Shown one piece after another: positions 1 through 7,742 of a DNA stretch of 18,040 nucleotides. The position numbers and the translations under genes were made by a program. The stretch spans positions 1-18,040 of the forward strand of contig CAVYHV010000031.1 of assembly GCA_963768425.1 (NCBI GenBank), in the 5' to 3' direction. The stretch comes from Candidatus Bathyarchaeota archaeon (GTDB taxonomy: Archaea; Thermoproteota; Bathyarchaeia; Bathyarchaeales; Bathycorpusculaceae). Numbering within the stretch: the first letter of the stretch is position 1; each line of letters begins with the position of its first letter. The notes beneath the pieces were generated by a model. The model did not search any database and was not told the DNA's origin. It saw nothing but the letters and a program-made list of their open reading frames with translations.

Positions 1-35
1 AAGACGATAATGAAAAGTAGGACGTCCCGAATGAG

Positions 36-238
36 TGACCCAAATTAAAGCCATCTCCTATGAGATGTAAGAACTGCGGGCACCTTATATCGCGTTAAAT
101 GGATTGACACCAACCTTAAAAGACGCGAAAACAATGAAAGATTTGGGAATGTGTTTTGGTCGAAGAAGAAAGAACTAAGAAACCTAAACTTCCTAAGAAG
201 CGACTGAAGAAAATCCTGAAAAAAGCAGGTCGCCGTTG
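36..238 (+). pseudogene. Possible frameshifted small Zn-finger gene
   Basis: CKNCGH motif at ~66-83 and a Lys-rich segment ending ...KKILKKAGRR* that can only be joined through several frameshifts. Confidence 0.25.
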
Positions 239-250
239 AAACAAATAAAC

Positions 251-260
251 GATATTTAAA
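251..260 (+). promoter_or_regulatory. Archaeal TATA box for the 283..501 gene
   Basis: GATATTTAAA preceded by A-rich sequence, at leaderless-type spacing from the TTG start. Confidence 0.5.
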
Positions 261-282
261 CATTAATTGGTTTTAGTGATGC

Positions 283-501
283 TTGTTGGCGGATAAATCT
301 GCGAGACAAAATAAGAAAAGCAAATTTCCAGTTAAGTTCTGTCCAAAATGCGGTTCAACCGATGTGTTCTGGGCGCAGGGCATGCCTCAACTCTGGTCTT
401 TATGGCAGTGCCAAAACTGTGGCTACCGTGGAGCATTCATTCTTGAAGATGGTAATCTATCCAAAAAACTTCAAGAAGAATGGAAAAATAGAAAGCAGTA
501 A
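283..501 (+). CDS. Small Zn-ribbon protein (CPKC...CQNC)
   Basis: Two CxxC pairs (FCPKCGS, WQCQNCGY). TTTAAA TATA-like box at 255-260, about 23 nt upstream. Confidence 0.85.
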   Translation: MLADKSARQNKKSKFPVKFCPKCGSTDVFWAQGMPQLWSLWQCQNCGYRGAFILEDGNLSKKLQEEWKNRKQ

Positions 502-555
502 TGCTATACCCGTTTCCGATTCTTTGCAGAAAACCTCTTTTGATAGTTCTTGGAT

Positions 556-723
556 TTACTGTATAGTTTGTTTGGGTTTTTGCGTAGGCGTAGGCGTGGT
601 TTTCTTAGTTTGGAAATTATGTTTTCGAATGCCACTCGAAATATGCCAAAACAAGTTTGGAGATAAATCTGGCTGAAACTCAGAAAGGGCTACTCCTAGT
701 CTTTGCACAATAACCTTGCTCAT
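556..723 (-). CDS. Possible 55-aa hypothetical protein (MSKVIVQRLG...)
   Basis: Hand-translated short ORF with GAGGT upstream. No recognisable motif. Confidence 0.25.
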   Translation of the reverse strand: MSKVIVQRLGVALSEFQPDLSPNLFWHISSGIRKHNFQTKKTTPTPTQKPKQTIQ

Positions 724-802
724 AAATGCAAATCAACCTCATTCGAAATCGAATAACAGTTTCCCTGCAGTATTTTCCAGCAAAAAAGGCAGCCATTCTC
801 AA

Positions 803-976
803 CTAGACAAGATCTTCACTTGAAACAAGAATTACGGGGTACTGTTTTGAACCCCCTGATTTGTTACCTGTGTTTTCGTGGCCTTTAATGCATCTCAGTC
901 CATATCTTGTTCTGGTTGCGTTTTCCCAAACCTTTTCAGTTGGTCCGCCACATATTGGACACTTAAAATCTTTCAT
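803..976 (-). CDS. 57-aa Zn-finger microprotein (CPIC...CIKGH), not in ORF track
   Basis: MKDFKCPICGGPTEKVWENATRTRYGLRCIKGHENTGNKSGGSKTVPVILVSSEDLV*. AGGTGA Shine-Dalgarno just upstream. Confidence 0.75.
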   Translation of the reverse strand: MKDFKCPICGGPTEKVWENATRTRYGLRCIKGHENTGNKSGGSKQYPVILVSSEDLV

Positions 977-1160
977 ATATTTTCACCTAAAACCAAAGCT
1001 TCTCCGAAAAAGTAAAGAGTGAATAAGTTGTCGCTGCGTTTTTTCAAATTTCTTTGCTCCTTTAGTTTTATATTAACTTGTTTTTGTTAAGCCTTCCTAT
1101 TGTTTAATCCTTCAAAAAATCTAAATACCCAAAATAGAACATAAAAAATGGAGAATCAAA

Positions 1161-1286
1161 ATGAGTGACATAGTTATTCTTGAAAACACGAAGGGTAGCA
1201 GACTATTCAAAGACCGCTATATTCACGAAGATCAATGCTATCTTATCGCAGACATGAAATATTACTATGATAAAAAAAGAAGTTAA
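1161..1286 (+). CDS. 41-aa hypothetical microprotein, not in ORF track
   Basis: MSDIVILENTKGSRLFKDRYIHEDQCYLIADMKYYYDKKRS*. GGAG RBS; stop overlaps the convergent gene's stop in TTAA. Confidence 0.45.
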   Translation: MSDIVILENTKGSRLFKDRYIHEDQCYLIADMKYYYDKKRS

Positions 1287-1522
1287 GGCTTAACGCCTTC
1301 TGTGCTGGGTGGTTTTGGTTTATCGAGCCATTTCTTTCGCCACACTTGAAGATCATCAATAAATAAGTCGTATTTGAGCCGATAATAGTCTTGGTCGTAA
1401 CGATCTTTGTATTTTTCAGCGTTTTCATCAGGGAAATCTGCGTTTGCCTCATCTAAAACCTCTTTAATGTATGCATCTAATTTATCACGGATTTCAGTGT
1501 AGAGTTTGCCTTGTGTTATCAT
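1283..1522 (-). CDS. Hypothetical helical protein (79 aa)
   Basis: ATG start and protein-like amphipathic composition; co-oriented downstream of the arylsulfotransferase gene. Confidence 0.6.
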   Translation of the reverse strand: MITQGKLYTEIRDKLDAYIKEVLDEANADFPDENAEKYKDRYDQDYYRLKYDLFIDDLQVWRKKWLDKPKPPSTEGVKP

Positions 1523-1602
1523 GTTTCTTCAACTCTTTCTTAGCCATTCAGCTTAGACAGATAAAATAGCACGCGCGAAAATCTGGAAAAGAGCGTTTAA
1601 AA

Positions 1603-3036
1603 TTAAGGGGTCTCTTTGTTGGCATCAATTTTATGGTTGCTAATTCTTTTTCTCATGTAGAATGCGACAGCTAACACTACGGCCACCACGATAACCGCCA
1701 CAAGTATAACGCTAGAGATAATTGTTTGAGAATTGATTAAGCTTAACGGAGTTGAACTCGGCAACATCGACGGAGCGGTAATGGCGGAAGTTAAATTAGC
1801 TCTTGTCGCTTCAATTCTGTAGACATACCACCCGACGGGGAACGTCCAAGTTCTCACTACTTGCCCCGCAGGGTTCACTTCTACAAACACCGCGCCTGTG
1901 TCATTGAAGTTCCAAGATAGGTCTTCTCCGTTTTCTGAGTTTTGTGGCAAGTGGTGTGTTGGGTCCCCGAAGTCTCCAATGAAGTCTCCGTTTGGAAGAA
2001 TCAGGGTCGCGCCTCCATAGTAGGTCCAGTATTGCATTGGGGCTTCCCAATTCCAACTTACGTGCGCTGTCATGCTTGTTTCGTTTAAAGTTACTTCTAA
2101 CATTTCGCTATGGCAATCATTGGGATTAGTGTTATTTTCGTAATCGTTGTCAAACATGGTGAAGACATTTGGAGCCACTTCTTTCAGATCGTGACTATGG
2201 TACCAAAGAATGGGTGGCAAGCCATTAGCGCCAACAAGCGGCTGACCATTAGCACCGAGAAGAGTAAAGTTGCCAAATTCGCCGCACGACCAAATTATGT
2301 TTCCCGTAGTTTGGTTAATCGCATAGAAAGTGTTTGTGCACCGCAAATTTAGGTAAATAATGCCTTTGCTGTAGTCCCAGTCAAGATCGTTCGCATGTGT
2401 GAAATCCTCCACTGTTAGATCGTTGACTTTGGTTTTAGCTGTCTCGCTAAACGGGGAGGCTTCACTAAGCGGTATGTGACCATAGGTGTCCCAACTCCAA
2501 AGGACATTGCCGTTTGCGTCAACTTCTACAATTTTGTCTAATAGAATCGAGTTGCTTCCGACTTGCCTAACGTAGTCTTGCAGAGTGAGAAAGGTGTTGT
2601 TGACTGGATTGTATTGAATATCATGTTCACTAGTAACATTGGGGAAGTCTTCTGTTGTGTTTGAGGCTAAATTCCATATATGTGTACCATAAACTCCCCA
2701 TACGGTGTTAGCCACATTTACTTCTGGTTCACCTTGGAACAGCAGGGTATCAGGTGTAATGAAGTAAGCGGCGTTGTAGCCTCCTGTGCCCGCAGATTCA
2801 CGGAGGTTTAGCACGGTGCCATTGGTATTCATAACCACTAAATAAGAGGTGTTTCCTGATAGGTCAAACGCTATGTTGCCATCCCACGCGTTTCCGTATG
2901 TGTTGATTGTGCAGGGTAAGGTGAAGTTGCTGCCAGTTTCAGAGTGGGCTATTGGGGAAAAACAGGAAAGCACAAGACATAGTGCAGTTAGCGTCACTAC
3001 TGCGTAAATTGTTTTTTTGCTTCTTGGGAAATGCAA
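1603..3036 (-). CDS. Arylsulfotransferase (ASST) family beta-propeller protein, secreted with C-terminal membrane anchor
   Basis: Motifs HDI, DFTHANDLD, LNLR, YHSHD and MFDND, plus GxVLWSW propeller repeats. Signal peptide at the N-terminus and TM+RKR at the C-terminus. Probable start is TTG at 3036 (GAGG RBS) rather than 3126. Confidence 0.8.
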   Translation of the reverse strand: MHFPRSKKTIYAVVTLTALCLVLSCFSPIAHSETGSNFTLPCTINTYGNAWDGNIAFDLSGNTSYLVVMNTNGTVLNLRESAGTGGYNAAYFITPDTLLFQGEPEVNVANTVWGVYGTHIWNLASNTTEDFPNVTSEHDIQYNPVNNTFLTLQDYVRQVGSNSILLDKIVEVDANGNVLWSWDTYGHIPLSEASPFSETAKTKVNDLTVEDFTHANDLDWDYSKGIIYLNLRCTNTFYAINQTTGNIIWSCGEFGNFTLLGANGQPLVGANGLPPILWYHSHDLKEVAPNVFTMFDNDYENNTNPNDCHSEMLEVTLNETSMTAHVSWNWEAPMQYWTYYGGATLILPNGDFIGDFGDPTHHLPQNSENGEDLSWNFNDTGAVFVEVNPAGQVVRTWTFPVGWYVYRIEATRANLTSAITAPSMLPSSTPLSLINSQTIISSVILVAVIVVAVVLAVAFYMRKRISNHKIDANKETP

Positions 3037-3129
3037 AATGTTTTCCTCTTTTAAGTTTTTTCTTGTGGGCTGGTTCCGCTTAAGTTTGCTCTTAAAAAGA
3101 GGCGAAACTATTAAAGCAATGTCCAAATC

Positions 3130-3413
3130 ATGCCCAAATCTTACCTGTTTTGATCAGTTTTCTTTTTCTTCATGTTTTTCGGAGACAAAAACTTGCAACG
3201 AGCTAAGGCTTTGTTGAAAGCTGCTTTGGAGAGGGAGGATGATTCTGAGGTTAAGGCTGAGATTGAGAGAAGGCTGAAACTGCTGAGCCTAAAGAGGTAA
3301 ATCAAATAAAGTGCAGTATTTGCGGGAAACTCTTTCAAACCAGAGGAAAAAGAAAGTTCAAGAACAGTTTTTGTGAAGAATGTATGAAGAAAAAGTTTGG
3401 AAGCCAAGTATAG
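3130..3413 (+). CDS. Frameshifted small protein with a helical region and C-terminal Zn finger (CSIC...CEEC)
   Basis: MFFGDKNLQRAKALLKAALEREDDSEVKAEIERRLKLL (from 3172) joins, via a -1 shift near 3284, EPKEVNQIKCSICGKLFQ...FCEECMKKKFGSQV*. An in-frame ATG at 3130 is separated from 3172 by a TGA in a T-run region. Confidence 0.65.
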
Positions 3414-3594
3414 AGTTCTAAGGCTCGGAAATAACTATATAGTCTTTGTTTTCTTCTACTGAGAATTTGTTCTTAAGAAATATCCTCATTGCTTGAAGGT
3501 CATATTTGCCTTTAATTTTCAATGATAGATATCTAATCTATGTTCAATACTGACAACAATAGGGCTAACAAGCTGGTGAGCTCCTAACTCTTTT

Positions 3595-3615
3595 AGAAGA
3601 GCGACCGACTCTTCT
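3595..3615. terminator. Small hairpin between convergent genes
   Basis: AGAAGAG-cgaccga-CTCTTCT, a 7-bp perfect stem. Confidence 0.3.
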
Positions 3616-3658
3616 CTATTCACTTGTTTCCCTCAAAGTGCTTATGGACGTACAAAGG

Positions 3659-5029
3659 TTATAGCACTTTGCTGAACAATTGCATAAATATAATTTTGAT
3701 TCTTTGACAAATTTGCACGATAAAATATACTCCTGAAGACCTGCTAAGACGATTTTTTCTAAACTTTAACACTGTGGCAGCAATCACAACAGCAACTATG
3801 ATGCTTGCTGCAGCCGCGTAAAAGTAAACCGAATCTGCGTAAAACGGTGATGGAGCGGGTTGTTGAGGGTTAAGGGATGATGTGGGTATTAGTGCTGTAT
3901 CGTTCCAATAGATGATGCTGTTGTATCCTGCGGATTCAAGTGCTTGTGATGGGTAAACTATGTCCAGGTTATTGCCGTCCATTTGCAAGAGTGTAGAGGC
4001 GCTCATGCCTATGTCAACGGTAAGTGAATCTGTGTTCCATATCCCCCAGAGTTTGTCGTCTGGTCCTCGAAAACCGTAGCCATAATCCTCAGGGAGGACA
4101 TATGCTGTTCTGTCACTAACCGGAGTGATGGTTCTAGGGTTAGCTTGAACGTACTGCCAGAACTGCTTCATGGCGTCGAGCTGCCCTTGCTGTAGAACAT
4201 TTTGAGTGAAGTTTGCGTTGCTATCAAACACGATAATGTATTTTGCTCCATTTTCATATGCAACTAACATATCGCTATAAAGTGCCGGACCCGGCTCGAT
4301 TTGCTGATTTTGCGTCAAAGTTATCATGACCCCCCAATCCTCGTTGAAGGCGGTGGCTGCTCCTCTGCAAAGAGCCACATTCAGTTGTTGGCTATCATTC
4401 GTCCAGCCAGTTTCCCAGCCAAACTCTGTAAAGACCGTGTTATACCCTGCTTGGTAATCATACCAGTAAAGCCCATAGTCTGAGGTGAACAATTGATATT
4501 CTGTTGGGTAATCAAATCTCTGGGTAATTGCGAAGGACCCGTTGCGTAGCAGCTGATTCATGATGTTAACGTAGCTTTCCGCTGCGTCACTATAGTTAGT
4601 TGCCGTAGTGACAATCGGATATTTGGCTTGGTCAAGTTGTTTTCCACCTTCTTCATCTAGGTAATAGATTCCTAGAAAATTGTTTCCCCAATTGTTCTTT
4701 GCTTCTTGGAGCCATTGGCTTGAGGGATATCTTGGGTCATCGGAGTAAACTATGATGGTTAAACCCTTGTTGTATATGTACTGGCTGATGACAGTGAGTC
4801 TCGTTAGATTGTAGTTTCCAGTGCATCCGATTACGAAGAAATTTGTGTAGGAACTGACGTTATTGATTAATTGTTCAGTTGTAGCTACACTTTCGAAGGC
4901 GACATCGACGCCAAAATACAGGTTAGGCGAAGCTTGCGTAGTGGCCGCTTGGGTTGTCTGCGTGCCGTTCAGGAAAAGCGGCAAAACCAGCAACGCAATG
5001 AGCAGAACTGTGAGTTGCTTTAGTTTCAT
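3659..5029 (-). CDS. Secreted, membrane-anchored protein with a glycoside-hydrolase-like TIM-barrel pattern
   Basis: Signal peptide; motifs GIYYLDEEGGKQLD, TSDYGLYWYDY, TEFGW, ALCRGAA and WGVMIT; Pro-rich linker; TM then KFRK. I recall this as a Bathyarchaeia paralog family (unverified). Confidence 0.8.
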   Translation of the reverse strand: MKLKQLTVLLIALLVLPLFLNGTQTTQAATTQASPNLYFGVDVAFESVATTEQLINNVSSYTNFFVIGCTGNYNLTRLTVISQYIYNKGLTIIVYSDDPRYPSSQWLQEAKNNWGNNFLGIYYLDEEGGKQLDQAKYPIVTTATNYSDAAESYVNIMNQLLRNGSFAITQRFDYPTEYQLFTSDYGLYWYDYQAGYNTVFTEFGWETGWTNDSQQLNVALCRGAATAFNEDWGVMITLTQNQQIEPGPALYSDMLVAYENGAKYIIVFDSNANFTQNVLQQGQLDAMKQFWQYVQANPRTITPVSDRTAYVLPEDYGYGFRGPDDKLWGIWNTDSLTVDIGMSASTLLQMDGNNLDIVYPSQALESAGYNSIIYWNDTALIPTSSLNPQQPAPSPFYADSVYFYAAAASIIVAVVIAATVLKFRKNRLSRSSGVYFIVQICQRIKIIFMQLFSKVL

Positions 5030-5456
5030 TTAGTTTATATGAAAAAATTTGTTAATCTAATAAGACTTTACCAAAAACAGTATATAATAAATTAAACTGA
5101 ATTACAGCTGAATTTGTTCCAAATATCAATAACAGACTTTAATAAAGAAAACATTTTCATTTTATCCCAATAATCTTTCGTCAATTTCTCCCATTTCTTA
5201 TCTGTGGCGCACCGAAAACAATCGCTGATCAATGCGAACAGTTAGATAGTTTTCTTTTCCAATTTTTTGATCAGAATCTAAAAAATTTTGGGCCTCTGTG
5301 TTGACGGCTCTTATGGGATTCGATGCTCTGGAGATTTTTGAACTTGACGATTTTGTCTCCTTCTTGCACTAGATATTGAGTACCTGGGAAACTCATTCTT
5401 GCTTATGGCTAGAGAAACGAAAGCTTTGCCGTATATTGTGGAGTTGAACCTGTTCC

Positions 5457-5689
5457 AGAGTGTGTTAAAACTTGGAGCTAATTTTTAATGGCATCGAGCA
5501 TTTGATCTATTGCCTGCAAGTCTCATTCACTTGTTTTTACTTCTTCACCAAACTTACTAGCGCCTCAACTCCAAAAATATTGATGACTCGTCTCATATTG
5601 TAAGCAAGCATTGTAAATCCGACCTCTCCTCTAACCTTGCGCAAACCTTTCAAGAGCACATAACCCTGATTGAAAGCACGCTTAATAGT
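5457..5689 (-). mobile_element. IS1182-family remnant: transposase C-terminus plus probable right terminal inverted repeat
   Basis: 5689..5537 translates to TIKRAFNQGYVLLKGLRKVRGEVGFTMLAYNMRRVINIFGVEALVSLVKK*, the typical DDE C-terminal K...G..KV..E....LAYN motif. AGAGTGTGTTAAAA at 5457-5470 resembles IS1182-type ends. Confidence 0.8.
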
Positions 5690-5707
5690 CGGCCGTCCGG
5701 GAGAGTC

Positions 5708-5740
5708 ATTGAAGACGCGCCGGAGGCTTCAGTCTTCAAT
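5708..5740. repeat. 9-bp perfect inverted repeat at the IS/island junction
   Basis: ATTGAAGAC (5708-5716) ... GTCTTCAAT (5732-5740). Confidence 0.55.
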
Positions 5741-5834
5741 AGAGAAAAAAAGATTTGTTGTTCTTCTCGGACTAAAACGCTAAGGTAGCTTGCACGGTGG
5801 AGCACACTGTTTCACAGAAGAAAAAAGAAGGAAA

Positions 5835-6723
5835 CTATTGGAGGGTTATGCTTTGCGCAGACAGCACAAACACCCAGTATCCGCTGCTGTCCTGGATCGT
5901 GGTTGCCGCCTGGTAGCTTGTGCCCGCCCACGTCTCAAGCTGATAATATCCGCTGAATACTGAGGAAGCGGACACAGTTTGCCCGTATACGCTGCCAACC
6001 ATGTTCCAGCCGGCGTTCAGGTTCACTGTGCACGTGGTCTGCGGGGTGCCTATCAAAGTCAGCGTTTGGCTTGACGGCACAAATATCAAGTAGGATTGCC
6101 CAGCTGTGACTGTTGTCGGCGTCGTGTAGCTGTATCCGTTCCAAGTTACGGCTTCAGCCCCTGAGATGCCGCTGAGAACACTGCTTAAGTTCGGGTTTGC
6201 AGGAACCGCTGAAAACGACACTTGGTTCCAGCCAGCATTTAATTGTATGCCTGAGATTCCAAGTCCAATGTTGAAACTGAAGTAAACAATGCTCTGAGTC
6301 TATGCCGGACCCAATAACCAAGGATAACTGCGCTGGTATGATGTTTCCAGGGTTCAACTGTACGCCGGTGCAGTTTAACGTTAATGTGAAGTCCTGTGAG
6401 TAATCGCCTGATACGGCGTTGTCTGACGCGTCTTCATAAACGAAGTCGGATGCTGTGGGAGACTCTAACAGGAAAGAAGAGGATCCAGTGTTTTCCAAGT
6501 AAAATGTGGCTGTGCTTGCTACTCCTAAAGTGACGGTTCCCCAATTTACTGTTGTAAGCGGTGACTGGGCTTCTGAATCTGAATAAACTGCTAAAGACGG
6601 AGTGGCTGCTTTGACAGTTGAATAGCAGTTTGGGAATCCTTTTTCGCTGCGGAAAACCCAGAAGACTGTGGCCGTAACCAAAATGACGAGGGCAATAGTG
6701 GCTATTTTCTTCTTCAATTTCAA
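5835..6723 (-). CDS. Secreted ~295-aa protein: Ig/TasA-like N-domain plus two LNAGWN repeats (rejoined across a +1 frameshift at ~6300)
   Basis: Removing one base at 6300 joins ORF 6154..6723 (...LSLVIGSGI) to TQSIVYFSFNIGLGISGIQLNAGWNQVSFSAVP and on into ORF 5835..6221. N-terminal signal/anchor. Confidence 0.8.
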
Positions 6724-6887
6724 TTAACTCCCTCTTCCTTGTCCTGGTCCGGCAGAGCTATGAGTTGAGATTCAGTTATTTTTACGGGTTGGGGGTTCCA
6801 CCCGGCGAAACTCTTCTCGATGTCGTCAAGGCGTTGGCGTATGTTCATCATTTCTTTAAATATGCTTTCAAGAACTGATCGCCGCAT
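6720..6887 (-). CDS. 55-aa coiled-coil peptide, possibly a truncated transcription regulator; not in ORF track
   Basis: MRRSVLESIFKEMMNIRQRLDDIEKSFAGWNPQPVKITESQLIALPDQDKEEGVN*. TAATG coupling with the upstream gene, TTGA overlap with the downstream gene, GAAGGAG RBS. Confidence 0.65.
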   Translation of the reverse strand: MRRSVLESIFKEMMNIRQRLDDIEKSFAGWNPQPVKITESQLIALPDQDKEEGVN

Positions 6888-7702
6888 TATTTTCTCCTTC
6901 TAAGAATCACCGCTATCACAAGCAGCACAGCAGCCACAGCCATAACGAACACTGCGATTTTGACGGATACATCCACTATGCCTGAACCGCCGACGCTGAA
7001 AGACGGAAGCTTCCAATTGCCCACGCTCCAGCCGTACCAGAACATCCACCAGGGATGAGTGGCTCCCTGAGGTGCAGGCGAAGCAGAAGCTGCAGGCGTC
7101 GGCGAAGGCGAATTGTTGCTTCCGCCTGAGTCTCCGCTGCCGCCTCCTGACCCTGATCCTGAAGACGGCGTCGGTGAAGGGCTGGTCGACGTCTCCGACG
7201 CGTCTACTGTGAAGCTGTATAATGTGCCCGAGTTCGCCGTGAAAACGTACGTGCCCTGAGTCAACATGTTGATTTGGCTGCCTCCGCTAGGGGTTAGAGT
7301 CAATGTGGATGCTGGCACGCTTGTGCTCCAGCTCAGAGTCAGCGATCCTGACTGCCCCACGTTCTCAACGTATAAGGTCCAGAGCCAGGAAGACCCCGAA
7401 TCCGGCTGGATGTCCTGGCTGAGGCCCTGCAGGTTAACTGGGCTACTTGGGTTTCCGCTTTCGTACAGGTAACTGTAGACGCCCTGCGGCGGCGCAGGAG
7501 GCACAACTAAGTCGTTGGATTCGTCAAAACCAGAAATCGCCGTGCTGCTTATGCCGAAAGTTGTGGTGCTGCTGTATCCGCTGCTGGAGGCGGTGACTGT
7601 TAAGTTCCAGTCTGTTGTTGCATGTGTTAAAGGCGCATAAATCAAAGTTGCTGAAAGAATAATTAATGCTGCTAACGCAAGTTTTTTGCTATTCAAATCC
7701 AC
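6887..7702 (-). CDS. Surface protein: signal peptide, FG..A..GFD..D...PP.PP domain, S/P/G linker, C-terminal TM + RRRK
   Basis: Seen directly in the translation; GAGGG RBS before GTG. Confidence 0.85.
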   Translation of the reverse strand: MDLNSKKLALAALIILSATLIYAPLTHATTDWNLTVTASSSGYSSTTTFGISSTAISGFDESNDLVVPPAPPQGVYSYLYESGNPSSPVNLQGLSQDIQPDSGSSWLWTLYVENVGQSGSLTLSWSTSVPASTLTLTPSGGSQINMLTQGTYVFTANSGTLYSFTVDASETSTSPSPTPSSGSGSGGGSGDSGGSNNSPSPTPAASASPAPQGATHPWWMFWYGWSVGNWKLPSFSVGGSGIVDVSVKIAVFVMAVAAVLLVIAVILRRRK

Positions 7703-7742
7703 ATTCCCTCTAAAAGAAAAAAGAAAGGAAATCTGGAATCTG

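Noticed and set aside
45-676. ORFs 45..263 (-) and 362..676 (+)
   Set aside because: They are antisense to or overlap better-supported frames and have atypical composition.
3017-3407. ORFs 3141..3407 (-) and 3017..3217 (+)
   Set aside because: Better explained as shadows of the frameshifted plus-strand Zn-finger gene.
5150-5456. Possible gene remnant beside the IS end
   Set aside because: Short protein-like frames occur on both strands, but no family is recognisable.
6770-6862. Box C/D sRNA-like ATGATGA...CTGA, a TATA-like TTTAAA and a GC hairpin on the minus strand
   Set aside because: All lie within the doubly coupled 55-aa ORF, and no clear D'/C' boxes were seen.
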